A stretch of DNA of 63,580 bases, counting the filler, from an uncultured Myxococcia bacterium (lineage in GTDB: Bacteria > CAZTWC01), in assembly GCA_964617105.1 (NCBI GenBank). It is 4 parts of 4 records of this genome, joined end to end, with 100 filler letters (N's around TTAATTAATTAA, not from the genome) between each part and the next. Parts side by side here need not be neighbours in the genome. Positions count along the whole stretch, not along the records: positions 32,102 to 47,989 come from CAZTWC010000063.1; positions 48,090 to 63,580 come from CAZTWC010000065.1; 2 more parts are not named here. One strand, written 5' to 3'. The position numbers were made by a program, and so were the translations under genes. Under the pieces are notes generated by a model that ran no database searches, was not told the DNA's origin, and was given only the letters and a program-made list of their open reading frames with translations. The stretch's first letter is position 1; the number at the start of each line of letters is the position of its first letter. Below, one piece after another: positions 39,973-50,220 of this stretch.

Positions 39973-40923
39973 ATGAAATTAACCAAAAATGACTGGTGGA
40001 TAAAACGATTTTGGGCTTACTTAGAGGAGCGCTTCCCCGTGGCACAGGGGATACTGTTTCTCATCCTCTACTTAACCGCTATTTTATATGGCCGATTTTT
40101 ATCCTCTCCTGGCGAACTGGTTATCTCGCTTGAAGATATTCCTGGTTTTATTGCCTTTTATCTGTTTTTCTTTTTGCTCAGGGTTTTTGATGAACACAAG
40201 GACTATAAAGAAGATTGCATCAACTACCCCAACCGGGTGCTGCAAAGAGGACTTATCACTCTCAACCAGTTGAGAATTCTCGGTCTGTTCTCTATTTTAA
40301 TTCAGGCGGGAATCTCTTTGACCCTGGACCGGGGAGTAGGAATGGTCACCATCTCCTGGCTGATGGCTTTGGGATGGAGCCTGTTGATGGCAAAAGAGTT
40401 TTTTTGCCCCGACTGGCTCAAACCGCGTTTGGTTTTGTACGCCTTTTCCCACATGCTAATTATGCCTTTGCTGCTTATTTGGGCCATGACCATGGGAAAC
40501 AATGAGTTGGTGGAGCCCCTGGGTGTCCTTCTGCTGGGACTAATGTCTTTTTTCTGTGGATTTACCTTTGAGATCACCCGCAAACTCAGGGCGCCGGAAG
40601 ATGAGATAGATGGAGTGGACAGTTACACCAAAGTCTTCGGCGCCCACCGGGCCCCCCTGGTGGTGTTGGGCGTTATGCTGGCAGGAACCATATTTTTGCT
40701 ATTATTATTGGCCCCATTTTTCGGAAGCAAATTTGGGGCAGTATGGTTTGTTTTACCTTGCCTGCTGTTTTTCATAGCTTGCCCGCCCTTTTGGCAATTT
40801 GCCCATCAGCCCTCCAGAGAAGGGGTTAAAAAGATGACTGGCGGAGCGACAATTTTTATGTTGTTTGCCTATATCATTCTTAACTGTGCTCTGATCATAT
40901 CCCGCGGAGTGGCTTTAAATTAA
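39973..40923 (+). CDS. UbiA-like membrane prenyltransferase-family protein
   Basis: About 8 TM helices; acidic motifs LRVFDEHKDYKED...PNRVLQRG and EITRK...EDEIDGVDSY. Confidence 0.7.
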   Translation: MKLTKNDWWIKRFWAYLEERFPVAQGILFLILYLTAILYGRFLSSPGELVISLEDIPGFIAFYLFFFLLRVFDEHKDYKEDCINYPNRVLQRGLITLNQLRILGLFSILIQAGISLTLDRGVGMVTISWLMALGWSLLMAKEFFCPDWLKPRLVLYAFSHMLIMPLLLIWAMTMGNNELVEPLGVLLLGLMSFFCGFTFEITRKLRAPEDEIDGVDSYTKVFGAHRAPLVVLGVMLAGTIFLLLLLAPFFGSKFGAVWFVLPCLLFFIACPPFWQFAHQPSREGVKKMTGGATIFMLFAYIILNCALIISRGVALN

Positions 40924-40959
40924 AATTGTGATCGTCTAAGGTTACTGAGAAAATTGGCT

Positions 40960-43692
40960 ATGGAAATTTTAACTCCCAAAAATATTGTGGCCGCTGATCA
41001 GAAAAACCTGGAAAGCCGCATTGGAGGAAAAGCGCTGGGATTGGCCAAACTGGAAAAAGCCAGATCTAAAGTGCCTTCCTGGCTGGTTATCCCCACTGAA
41101 TATTTTTTAGACCACCTGGTTAAAGGAGAATTCCCCCAACAATTTTTTGCCCTGTTAGCCAGGCTGGAAAGTTCTCCCAAAAAAAATCACCGAAAACTGG
41201 TAGAGAAAAAAGCCCAACTGCTTCGCCAGACCGTAGAAGCGGTGAATCTGAGTAATGATTTGCTCGAACAACTTCCGGATCTACTTAAAAATATAGGGAG
41301 TGGGCCTTTTTCGGTGCGCAGTTCCATGGTAGGAGAAGACTCTGCTACCCACTCTTTTGCCGGGCAGTGTGACTCTTTTCTGTTTAGAAACAACCTGGAC
41401 GAAGTGGCCCAGGCTATTGTGCAATGCTGGGGTTCAGCCTATACATCCCGTTCTCTGATCTACCGAATCAATGCTGGGCTATCTTTGGCGGATATCAAGA
41501 TGGCCGTGGTAGTTCAACAGATGGTAGAGGGCGAAATATCTGGAGTTTTGTTTACCGCCAACCCCTCAAATGGCGACCGCAGCCAGTCACTGCTTACCGC
41601 AGCCTGGGGAATTGGCGAGGGAGTGGTATCAGGAGAGTGTGATACTGATGAATATATCTGGTCTCTGCAAAAAGAGGAAATATCCTGCCGGGTGGCAGAC
41701 AAAGATATAAAGATAGTTCGCCACCCAATATCGGGAGTGGTCAAAGAGGAAGTTCCCAAAGCCCAAAGAGATATCCGTTGTCTGAACCCGGCCCAGGTAG
41801 AGCAGATATGCCGCGAGGGAAACCGAATAGCAAAAATGATGGGTACTCCTCAGGATATAGAATGGACCCTCTGTAATAATGTTTTCTACCTGCTCCAATC
41901 CCGTCCCATCACTGCCCTGCCAACCGCTAAAAACCGATACGGCTCGCGGGTAGTGTGGGATAACAGCAATATCCAGGAATCCTATTGCGGAGTCACTACC
42001 CCTTTGACTTTCTCTTTTGCTTCCAAGGCCTATGCCACGGTTTACCGCCAGACCATGCGGGTTTTAGGTTTGCCGGAACAGGTGGTTGAGGCGCACCGGG
42101 ATATGCTGGACAATATGCTGGGAATAATCGGCGGCCAGGTTTATTATAACATTAATAATTGGTATAAAGGGCTGTTGCTTTTGCCCTCCTTTGGCCAAAA
42201 CAAAGATGATATGGAAAAAATGATGGGCCTGGAAGAACCTGTGGACCTGGTCCAGGACCAGGTATTGACCTTCTGGGAAAAAGTTTGCAGACTTCCCCGA
42301 CTGTTTTTAACCCTGCTAAACCTGATCTTTCGTTTTTTCTGTCTGAAAAAAGATGTGGCCAATTTTTTAGCCCATTTCCAACAGATCTATTCCCGGATAG
42401 ACCGCAAGAGCCTGAAAGAGAAAACCTATTCCCAACTGCTAGAAACCATCCAAATGCTGGATCAGGAACTGTTGCAAAAATGGCACACTCCTATTGTCAA
42501 TGACTTTTACGTTATGATGATGGTGGGCAAGTTACGGCGGCAGGTGGAAAAAAGTGATCTCCCTGAACCAGAGGCCATTACCATCCGGTTGCTCAGCGGC
42601 GGCGAAGGGATTGAGTCCACTGAACCTACCCGGGTTTTAATGAGGATGGCAGCCCTGGCCCGCAGCGATGAGCATTTGCATAATACTCTGAAACAGGGCG
42701 AACCGCTCCAGGTATTGGAAACAATATCCACCCATTTTCCCCGCTTCATGAAAAACATTGATGATTACATCGAAAAATACGGTGACCGAACCATGGGGGA
42801 GTTGAAACTGGAAACCGTATCGTTGCGCCAAGATCCCGGTTTTGTAATTAAAATTTTGCGTAATTTTCTGGATCGACCAGACCTGGATCCGGACAAATTG
42901 GCCCAAAAGGAGAAAGGGGAACAGCAAAAGGCGCTGGTCAAAGTTAAGAGGGCTTTGAGTTTCTTCCAAGGTATGGGGCTGCAAAAAAACCTGAAGAGGG
43001 CACGTCAGGCGGTCAAAAACCGGGAAAATATGCGCCTGGCCAGAACCCGTATGTTCGGCCTATATCGAGACATCTACCTGGCGCTGGGCGCAATCTTACA
43101 CCGGGCTGGACGTTTGCAGCAGCAACGGGATATCTTTTACCTGACGATTGATGAGATAAAGACCTATGGCCAGGGCCGCAGTGTATCGGCTAATCTACAG
43201 GAAACGGCGCTCATGCGGAGGGCGGAATACCTGGCCTATCAAAAGATGGAGTTGCCTAATCACTTTGAAACTCTGGGACCGGTGTATCACGGCAATGATT
43301 TTAAAAACCATAAAGAAAGCGAAATTGATACCAGTTTGGAAACCCTTAAAGGCACTGGTTGCTATCCAGGTCAGGTAAAAGAACAGGTCCGCCTGCTTTT
43401 CAATGCTGACCAGGATCTTAATTTGGATGGCAAAATACTCACCACCTTGCGTACCGATCCTGGTTGGGCACCACTCTTTCCTTCGGCTGGCGGTATTTTG
43501 GTAGAAAGAGGCTCAACCCTATCCCACTCTGCGGTTCTGGCCCGGGAATTAGGCATCCCTGCCATTGTGGGCATCAAGGGTCTGACCAAAATAGTACAGG
43601 ATGGCGAAAAGGTGAGGATAGACGGCGAAAAAGGAATTATCCAACGGCTGGAAGGGCCATTGGCGCAACCCCCAAATAAAGAAACGAAGTAG
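40960..43692 (+). CDS. Rifampin-phosphotransferase-like dikinase (ATP-grasp, large middle domain, C-terminal His-swivel)
   Basis: GGKA, VRSS...ED...SFAGQ, QDIEW, LQSRPIT; C-terminal TDPGW...GSTLSHSAVLARELGIPA; no PEP-binding barrel. Confidence 0.85.
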   Translation: MEILTPKNIVAADQKNLESRIGGKALGLAKLEKARSKVPSWLVIPTEYFLDHLVKGEFPQQFFALLARLESSPKKNHRKLVEKKAQLLRQTVEAVNLSNDLLEQLPDLLKNIGSGPFSVRSSMVGEDSATHSFAGQCDSFLFRNNLDEVAQAIVQCWGSAYTSRSLIYRINAGLSLADIKMAVVVQQMVEGEISGVLFTANPSNGDRSQSLLTAAWGIGEGVVSGECDTDEYIWSLQKEEISCRVADKDIKIVRHPISGVVKEEVPKAQRDIRCLNPAQVEQICREGNRIAKMMGTPQDIEWTLCNNVFYLLQSRPITALPTAKNRYGSRVVWDNSNIQESYCGVTTPLTFSFASKAYATVYRQTMRVLGLPEQVVEAHRDMLDNMLGIIGGQVYYNINNWYKGLLLLPSFGQNKDDMEKMMGLEEPVDLVQDQVLTFWEKVCRLPRLFLTLLNLIFRFFCLKKDVANFLAHFQQIYSRIDRKSLKEKTYSQLLETIQMLDQELLQKWHTPIVNDFYVMMMVGKLRRQVEKSDLPEPEAITIRLLSGGEGIESTEPTRVLMRMAALARSDEHLHNTLKQGEPLQVLETISTHFPRFMKNIDDYIEKYGDRTMGELKLETVSLRQDPGFVIKILRNFLDRPDLDPDKLAQKEKGEQQKALVKVKRALSFFQGMGLQKNLKRARQAVKNRENMRLARTRMFGLYRDIYLALGAILHRAGRLQQQRDIFYLTIDEIKTYGQGRSVSANLQETALMRRAEYLAYQKMELPNHFETLGPVYHGNDFKNHKESEIDTSLETLKGTGCYPGQVKEQVRLLFNADQDLNLDGKILTTLRTDPGWAPLFPSAGGILVERGSTLSHSAVLARELGIPAIVGIKGLTKIVQDGEKVRIDGEKGIIQRLEGPLAQPPNKETK

Positions 43693-43696
43693 AAAG

Positions 43697-44818
43697 ATGA
43701 CCCCTTTGAATGAAGGTAAAAAAGGATTATTACCGAACGGTTTCCTGGAAATTCCAACTCTGATTTATGGGAATGATCCCCTTTGGATTCCGGAGGATAG
43801 CCTGGCGGTGACCAATAGTTTTTCACCGCACAACCCCTGGTTCGAGCAGGGATTGGCAAAAACCTGGTGCATCCCCGGAAAAGTCCGGGCAGCCGCTTTT
43901 CATGATCCAAAAGCCAGAATCCAGGACCGCAAAGCGGTTTTTTTCGGGTATTGGGAAACTATGCCCGAGGAAGAGGAGAGCAATTTGCAACTCTTCCAGG
44001 CCATTAAAGAGTGGACCAGGTCCCTGGGTGCTAAAGATATTTATGGCCCCATCAATTTTACCACTTTTGGCCCCTACCGCTTGAGGCTAACAGCAGAGGA
44101 GAAGGCGATCCCCTTTCCTGGCGAGCCCTACAACCACCCTTACTACCCCGAGTTGATGTCCAAAATGGGTTTTCAATTGCAGCAAAAATATATCACACAG
44201 GTATTTTCTCCAGCCCAACAACAAATAGGCTATAAACATTTTTTACCTATACAGGAGAAGTTGATCAACCAGGGTTTTGTTTTTTCTCCCCTGGGCCAAG
44301 ATCTTTGGATGGAAAACCTGGCTGAACTTCACCTGCTGGTTGATTCCATCTTTGCCGATAATTTTGCCTATACTCCTATCTCTTATCAATCCTTTATTAA
44401 AGCCTGCGGCCAATCTTTTATCCGCAAGGCCTGCCCCCAGACCAGCATGATGGTCTTTGCTCCGGATAATAGTATCGCCGGCTTTTTTCTCTGTTACCCT
44501 CATTACGGCCCTATCACCAATCTTGGCGCCGGAAATTCCCGAGTCAAAATGTCAGACCTGGAGTATGAAAAACATATCCCCTGGTTGCGCCAAGATAAGA
44601 AGAAACCGGATATGGTGGCAAAAACAGTGGGCGTAGATAATAAATACCGCCGGCTGGGAGTAATGCAGGGCCTGTCTGCAGCAGTGCTTCAAGGTGGAGC
44701 CGGCAGATGGAATCGCTGGTACGGCGCCCTGATCAGAGAGGATAATCCTTCCCTCCGTCCTGGTAAATCACATACTTTATATCAGAGAGAATACGGTCTT
44801 TACCAATTGGTATCGTAA
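43697..44818 (+). CDS. GNAT-like hypothetical protein
   Basis: AVFFGYWE, IYGPINFTT, FPGEPYN, KTVGVDNKYRRLG (acyl-CoA-binding-like); 4 nt after the dikinase. Confidence 0.65.
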   Translation: MTPLNEGKKGLLPNGFLEIPTLIYGNDPLWIPEDSLAVTNSFSPHNPWFEQGLAKTWCIPGKVRAAAFHDPKARIQDRKAVFFGYWETMPEEEESNLQLFQAIKEWTRSLGAKDIYGPINFTTFGPYRLRLTAEEKAIPFPGEPYNHPYYPELMSKMGFQLQQKYITQVFSPAQQQIGYKHFLPIQEKLINQGFVFSPLGQDLWMENLAELHLLVDSIFADNFAYTPISYQSFIKACGQSFIRKACPQTSMMVFAPDNSIAGFFLCYPHYGPITNLGAGNSRVKMSDLEYEKHIPWLRQDKKKPDMVAKTVGVDNKYRRLGVMQGLSAAVLQGGAGRWNRWYGALIREDNPSLRPGKSHTLYQREYGLYQLVS

Positions 44819-45081
44819 ATTGACACTCCCCATACCGGATAACTTTTGCCACACCGGTGTAACACACTTGCAACAACCTAATTTATGACATCCCCAAACT
44901 ACAAATCAGTATCTCTTTTAATATCATACTGTTAGCGCATAATAAGTGATATAACTACAACAATCACCCCGGTCCTGTAGCGCCAAGGCAACACACACAC
45001 CTTAAAATAAAGTTTATTCGCCAGTCTATTTTAGTCAATTATTTCAGTATGTTATATTTTATATAACAAATATCTGAAACT

Positions 45082-45097
45082 TGGCACACAATATGCA
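45082..45097 (+). promoter_or_regulatory. Sigma-54 (-24/-12) promoter
   Basis: TGGCACACAATATGCA has GG-N10-GC spacing, 57 nt upstream of ATG 45155. TGT-N12-ACA boxes lie at 44858-44875 and 44976-44993. Confidence 0.7.
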
Positions 45098-45154
45098 CTC
45101 CAAAAGAATAAATATTTGATATTAAATAAAATAAAATAAATAAAGGAGTTCAAA

Positions 45155-45421
45155 ATGAAAAATTTAACCGCATTATTAGTTGCACTGGCTATGATTTTGG
45201 CTGTTTCCATCACTTTTACTCAAACTGCTGATGCCGCTGTTTTAGATAGCGATGCCCAACTGTTTGAGAACTTGGTTGATTTCGACTTAGATAAAGCCGC
45301 CCAGGTAATTCTGACTGACAGTTCCATCAAGGATTATCAAGGTCTTAGCCAGAATGAGTTTAATGAGTTCTTAGATAGCATCCGCACCACGGTAAAAAGT
45401 GCTATCCAAGAAACCAAATAG
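45155..45421 (+). CDS. Small secreted acidic protein (88 aa)
   Basis: AAGGAG RBS, signal peptide ending ADA-A, own promoter and terminator. Confidence 0.8.
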   Translation: MKNLTALLVALAMILAVSITFTQTADAAVLDSDAQLFENLVDFDLDKAAQVILTDSSIKDYQGLSQNEFNEFLDSIRTTVKSAIQETK

Positions 45422-45475
45422 CAATATTTGCCCCCCTCGACAATTCCACTAAAATTGTGGAATTGTTTATATATA

Positions 45476-45507
45476 AAAAGCCAGGTATAATAACCTGGCT
45501 TTTTTTT
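45476..45507 (+). terminator. Rho-independent terminator
   Basis: AAAAGCCAGGT-loop-ACCTGGCTTTTTTTT. Confidence 0.85.
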
Positions 45508-45577
45508 GCTCGAAATAAGTGAATTCTCTGACAACAACTGCTAAGGGCTCGCTTAAAAATATACCTGGAGGTTTAAT

Positions 45578-46423
45578 TTGTCTGCATCCTTTCCCAACCA
45601 AAGTACTACCAGGCCGGAATTGGAGAAAATCTGCCAACAAATCCGGCAATTGATAATTAAAATGACCTTTGAAGCTGGCTCTGGTCACCCAGGCGGCTCT
45701 CTCTCCTGTGTCGAAATAATGGCTGTGCTATATTTTCAAACCATGAAGCATTGGCCTCAGGAGCCGCTATGGGATGAACGGGATCGGTTTATCCTGTCTA
45801 AAGGGCATGTGTGCCCCACTTTGTATGCTATACTATCTTTATGCGGATATTTTCCTGAATCTGAGTTAACCAGTTTACGCAAATTTGGCAGCCGCCTTCA
45901 GGGACACCCCTCAACTAGTAGTAAATTGCCCGGTATCGAAGTTTCAAGCGGTTCATTGGGACAGGGTTTGGCTGTGGCTAACGGCATCGCTCTGGCGGCT
46001 AAAATGGATAGACGCCAGATCAACTGTTTTTGCCTGATGGGAGATGGTGAGATCCAAGAGGGTTCGGTTTGGGAAGCAGCCATGTTTGCCGCTCACCATC
46101 AAATTGACAATATCTGCGCCATAGTTGACCTCAACGGACTGCAAATCGATGGCGCCACTAAAAATATTATGAATATTGAACCGCTGGCCCAAAAGTGGAG
46201 CAGTTTTGGCTGGCATACGGAAACCATTGATGGTCACCAGATAAATGAACTCCAAGAAGCCTTTAAACGGTGTATTGAAATCAAGGGAAAGCCCTCCATA
46301 ATCCTGGCCAAAACTATAAAGGGCAAAGGGATCTCTTTTATGGAAAACCAGGCCAAATGGCATGGACTGGCCCCTTCTGAGGCAGAGATGAAATTGGCAC
46401 TTAAAGAGTTGGGGGTTGGATAA
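45578..46423 (+). CDS. Transketolase, N-terminal (TPP-binding) subunit
   Basis: SGHPGGSLS, RDRFILSKGH, GSLGQG, GDGEIQEG, KTIKGKG; TTG start after GGAGG. Confidence 0.93.
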   Translation: MSASFPNQSTTRPELEKICQQIRQLIIKMTFEAGSGHPGGSLSCVEIMAVLYFQTMKHWPQEPLWDERDRFILSKGHVCPTLYAILSLCGYFPESELTSLRKFGSRLQGHPSTSSKLPGIEVSSGSLGQGLAVANGIALAAKMDRRQINCFCLMGDGEIQEGSVWEAAMFAAHHQIDNICAIVDLNGLQIDGATKNIMNIEPLAQKWSSFGWHTETIDGHQINELQEAFKRCIEIKGKPSIILAKTIKGKGISFMENQAKWHGLAPSEAEMKLALKELGVG

Positions 46424-46424
46424 A

Positions 46425-47399
46425 ATGGATATCAATTTGAAACATACCAAGGCTGGTTACGGTGAAGCCCTACTTGAGTTGGGTGAAAAAGATGAAAACC
46501 TGGTGGTTTTGGGCGGTGACATTACCGAGTCCACCAACGTCCACCTGTTCAGAGACAAATTTCCTCAACGCTTTTTCTCCACTGGCATTGCCGAGCAAAA
46601 CATGGCAGCCACTGCTGCTGGTTTATCTCTCATGGGCAAAATTCCCTTTATCTGCTCCTACGGAGTTTTTATCAGTGGTCGCTGCTGGGACCAAATTCGC
46701 ACTACCATCTGTTACAGCAATTTGAATGTAAAAATCGGCGTAGGTCACGGCGGCATCTCGGTGGGGCCTGACGGAGCCACTCACCAGGCCCTGGAGGATA
46801 TATCTCTGTTGAGGTGCCTGCCCAACATGACGGTGTTGACTCCCAGCGACTACCTGGAAACCAAAAAAGCCACTTTGGCCGCTTACCGCCTGAATGGTCC
46901 CTGCAGCATCAGATTTGGGCGGGAACCAACCCCGCAGTTCACCCAAAAAGATGACCCCTTTGAGATAGGTAAAGCCAATACCCTAAAACCCGGAACTGAT
47001 GCCTTCATTATCGCCTGTGGAAGCATGGTTTACCAAGCCCTGCAGGCATCGGAAAGATTGTCAGAAGAAAAAGGGTTCAAAGTTGGAGTTATCAACCTTC
47101 ACACCATTAAACCTCTTGACCGGCATACAATTGTAGCCGCTGCCAAGCAGAGTGGCGCCCTGGTAACCGCGGAGGAACATCAACTCGCCGGCGGTATGGG
47201 CAGTGCGGTGCTGGAAGTTTTGGCTGGATACCCAGTACCAGTTGAGATGGTGGGGGTAAAAGACAGTTTTGGCGAGTCCGGCCATCCGGATGAGTTGCTA
47301 AGAGCCTACAATCTTACCTGCCCCGACATAATAACTGCGGTTGAAAAAGTTATTGCCATTAAGAAAAAAACAGGCTTGATCTGTAAGGAAACTGACTAA
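46425..47399 (+). CDS. Transketolase, C-terminal subunit
   Basis: GIAEQNM, GPDGATHQALED, IKPLD, TAEEH...GGMGSAV, FGESG. Confidence 0.93.
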   Translation: MDINLKHTKAGYGEALLELGEKDENLVVLGGDITESTNVHLFRDKFPQRFFSTGIAEQNMAATAAGLSLMGKIPFICSYGVFISGRCWDQIRTTICYSNLNVKIGVGHGGISVGPDGATHQALEDISLLRCLPNMTVLTPSDYLETKKATLAAYRLNGPCSIRFGREPTPQFTQKDDPFEIGKANTLKPGTDAFIIACGSMVYQALQASERLSEEKGFKVGVINLHTIKPLDRHTIVAAAKQSGALVTAEEHQLAGGMGSAVLEVLAGYPVPVEMVGVKDSFGESGHPDELLRAYNLTCPDIITAVEKVIAIKKKTGLICKETD

Positions 47400-47415
47400 C
47401 CCCAGGATTTTTAAT

Positions 47416-47989
47416 ATGCCCTTTCCTCTTGGAAACCTCTCTATATCACCGCCAACTTTCCTGGCTCCAATTGCCGGTTTTACCGACAATGCCTGCCGTT
47501 GCCTATGCCATTATGCTGGGGCCGGTATGGTATTCACCGAGATGGTGAGCGCGGTAGGAATATCCTACAACTCCAAAGGCAGCCTGGACTACTTGGATAT
47601 TCGCGGCCAACAAGGATTAGTGAGCCTGCAACTCTTTGGTCCTCAGCCAAAGATCCTGGCCCTGGCGGCTCAACGGGCGGTGCAAGATGCAAAAAACAAA
47701 TTTCATGCTCTCAATATTAACATGGGCTGCCCGGCAAAAAAGGTAGTCAAAAACGGCTCTGGCGTGGCTTTAATGAAAAATCCTGGCCAGGTCGAGAAAA
47801 TAGTAAAAACCATCAAATCAAAAGTAAATTTGCCCCTGTCAGTAAAATTCCGTTCCGGCTGGGACGCCGCAACCATAAACGCGGTGGAGGTGGCCAGGGC
47901 GGCTGAAGCCGGCGGCGCCGATGCCGTAATAGTACATCCGCGGCTTCGCACCCAACCCTATTACCAACCAGCCCATTGGCCAGTAATCA
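47416..47989 (+). CDS. dusB: tRNA-dihydrouridine synthase (DusB-like), truncated at contig end
   Basis: LAPIAGFTD, FTEMVS, QLFG, NINMGCP (catalytic Cys), VKFRSGWD, VHPR. Confidence 0.85.
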
Positions 47990-48089
47990 NNNNNNNNNNN
48001 NNNNNNNNNNNNNNNNNNNNNNNNNNNNNNNNNTTAATTAATTAANNNNNNNNNNNNNNNNNNNNNNNNNNNNNNNNNNNNNNNNNNNN
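47990..48089. other. Artificial contig spacer
   Basis: N44-TTAATTAATTAA-N44. Confidence 0.98.
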
Positions 48090-48158
48090 GCCCTCGCAAC
48101 AGGTAAAATCAAAAACCGCTACCTTTGGTTTATCAGGCACAAAGCCCAGATATTTCAT
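48090..48158 (-). CDS. First 23 codons of a [NiFe]-hydrogenase small (delta) subunit
   Basis: Reads MKYLGFVPDKPKVAVFDFTCCEG with an AGAGAGG RBS; this is the start of the small-subunit Fe-S motif. Not in the ORF track. Confidence 0.75.
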
Positions 48159-48191
48159 CTACTGTCCTCTCTTATTTAACGAGCACTTAAA

Positions 48192-49106
48192 TCAAATAGC
48201 CTCTTTGAGGTTTAACACGTTCCAGTAATCAAAGACCGGTCCATCAATACAGGTATAGGTGGAGCCAATATTGCAACGGCAGCATTTTCCCATACCGCAA
48301 TGCATCCGCCGCTCCAGAGACACAAACATCCGCTGCATTGGTGTCCCCATCTGGTAAAGACGGTCACAGACAAATTTAAACATCACCGGCGGGCCGCAAA
48401 CAATAGCATAGTTTTTTTCCGCATTTACTTTAACATCATTCAGCAGTTGGGTAATTCTGCCCACCGGCCCATTCCATGCCTGATCAGGCTCATCCACTAT
48501 CACTTTAAGGTTAATGTCATCGATACGCCGCCACTCCTCATATTGGTAATCAAAAAGGAGTTGGTCCGGCCGTCTGGCGCCATAAATAATATACACTCTA
48601 TCGAATTCGGAACGGTTTTCTATCACGTAGGAAAGCGGCGCTCGCAGAGGAGCCAATCCCAGTCCGCCGGCAATCAGCAAAACACTGCTGCCCTTCATCC
48701 TCTCCATGGGAAAACTGGTTCCAAAAGGCCCCCGGATTCCAACTTTTGCTCCACGACGAGCCTTGTGGAGAGCACCGGTAACCACCCCGGCCTTACGAAT
48801 ACACAACTCCAGATAACCGCGGGCTGATGGGGAACTGGAGATAGAGATGGGAATTTCTCCATATCCAGGCACTTCCAGCATAACAAACTGTCCGGGTAAA
48901 AAGCTAAAACGCTCTCTCTCCTCCTGGTCGATAATGCGAATCAGGAAAAGTTTTTCCATCTTTGTCAGGTGAACTATGTTGGTGATCTCGGCCTTAAAAA
49001 CCTTATCCATATGGGACAACCTGCTGCGGCGGTTGTAATCCAAAGGCAGCTGCATCTCGGTCTCTCTGGTAATGTCGTATGGTCGAAGAATTCTATTAAC
49101 GTTCAT
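48192..49106 (-). CDS. Group 3b hydrogenase gamma subunit (FAD/NAD(P)-binding, 2Fe-2S)
   Basis: [53 protein letters not shown]...CIDGPVF. Confidence 0.85.
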   Translation of the reverse strand: MNVNRILRPYDITRETEMQLPLDYNRRSRLSHMDKVFKAEITNIVHLTKMEKLFLIRIIDQEERERFSFLPGQFVMLEVPGYGEIPISISSSPSARGYLELCIRKAGVVTGALHKARRGAKVGIRGPFGTSFPMERMKGSSVLLIAGGLGLAPLRAPLSYVIENRSEFDRVYIIYGARRPDQLLFDYQYEEWRRIDDINLKVIVDEPDQAWNGPVGRITQLLNDVKVNAEKNYAIVCGPPVMFKFVCDRLYQMGTPMQRMFVSLERRMHCGMGKCCRCNIGSTYTCIDGPVFDYWNVLNLKEAI

Positions 49107-50175
49107 AGCCGACCCTCCATTTGGCAGGAGTTCCCTGATCTTTCTTAAGATCCTTGATTACATCCACCGGGTTTATTCCAGCCAGGCATACTTTACCGCA
49201 CCGGTTGCAGCCAACGCACATAGGCTCCCCAAAACTTTCTACAAAACCGCGGTGTTGGTGATAGAACCTGTATTTCAGCCTGGTGGCCTGGTTGGGGCGA
49301 AAATTGTGGTCACCCGCCACTGATGCAAAATCAAGGATATTGCATGAGTACAATTTTTTTACTTTGGTACTAGCCGAGTGATCCATGGCTACTTCTTCCT
49401 GTACACCATAGCAATAGCAAGTGGGACACACCATGGAGCAGCTGCCGCAACTGAGGCATTTATCGCCCCATTTTTTCCAGTCTTCCGACTCAAATTCCAG
49501 ATCCAGAAGGATTGGTAACTCCTCCAGGTTAACAATATTTTGGTAATCCTTCTCAAACTTATTTAGAACTTCGACGTAATCCTGGCTGTCCTGGTCGGTA
49601 ACTTCAAGAGTTTCTACCTGTTTGAGGAGATTAAACCCTCGTTCTGAGCCTATTTTTACAAAATATCGATCTTGCAAGTCGGTTAGATAGAGATCAAAAC
49701 CATGGGTTAGAGTATCTGCACCAACTGCCCGACAAAATCCGGATGAGCAGGGCGAATCGCTAATTCCAATGGTAAAAGTGTTTTTTCTTCTGGAAAGATA
49801 ATAGGGATTTGGATAAAAATCTTTGGCAAAGACTTTGTCCAGTTTCAGCAAAGCGGCAATATCACAAGTATGGAGACCCAGCATCACCCTTGGTTGAATG
49901 CGGTAACGGATATCTTGTTCCCAACTGTTATCAGTATACTTGAAAGTAGATAGTTTTTCATTAAAAGGGAGGAAATAGGTTTTGGCCGAGTACTCGGTGG
50001 TTTCATACTCCAGGTCTATCTGACTTTTATCCAGAATAGGGAGAAATTGATGGATTGGCTGGCCATCTACATTCTGGCCAACTTTCCTGGGAGCGATAAC
50101 CTCAATAGACTCGATGAGGATATTAATAAGAACACCAAACTCTTTTTTACCGATTACCCTGAATAACATTCGCAA
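49096..50175 (-). CDS. Group 3b hydrogenase beta subunit (4Fe-4S dicluster)
   Basis: [16 protein letters not shown] and [25 protein letters not shown]; overlaps the gamma subunit start. Confidence 0.82.
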   Translation of the reverse strand: MRMLFRVIGKKEFGVLINILIESIEVIAPRKVGQNVDGQPIHQFLPILDKSQIDLEYETTEYSAKTYFLPFNEKLSTFKYTDNSWEQDIRYRIQPRVMLGLHTCDIAALLKLDKVFAKDFYPNPYYLSRRKNTFTIGISDSPCSSGFCRAVGADTLTHGFDLYLTDLQDRYFVKIGSERGFNLLKQVETLEVTDQDSQDYVEVLNKFEKDYQNIVNLEELPILLDLEFESEDWKKWGDKCLSCGSCSMVCPTCYCYGVQEEVAMDHSASTKVKKLYSCNILDFASVAGDHNFRPNQATRLKYRFYHQHRGFVESFGEPMCVGCNRCGKVCLAGINPVDVIKDLKKDQGTPAKWRVGYER

Positions 50176-50220
50176 TCCCGCTATTAGTTAAAATATTAGT
50201 ATCCATCCAATAAACCACCC

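Noticed and set aside
40960-43692. Annotation as PEP synthase (ppsA) or as a rifampin resistance gene
   Set aside because: No C-terminal PEP-binding barrel, so not PpsA. The architecture is RPH-like, but the biosynthetic-looking context gives no support for rifampin specificity.
48192-50175. Anaerobic sulfite reductase asrAB
   Set aside because: The next gene begins KPKVAVFDFTCCEG, a hydrogenase small subunit rather than AsrC.
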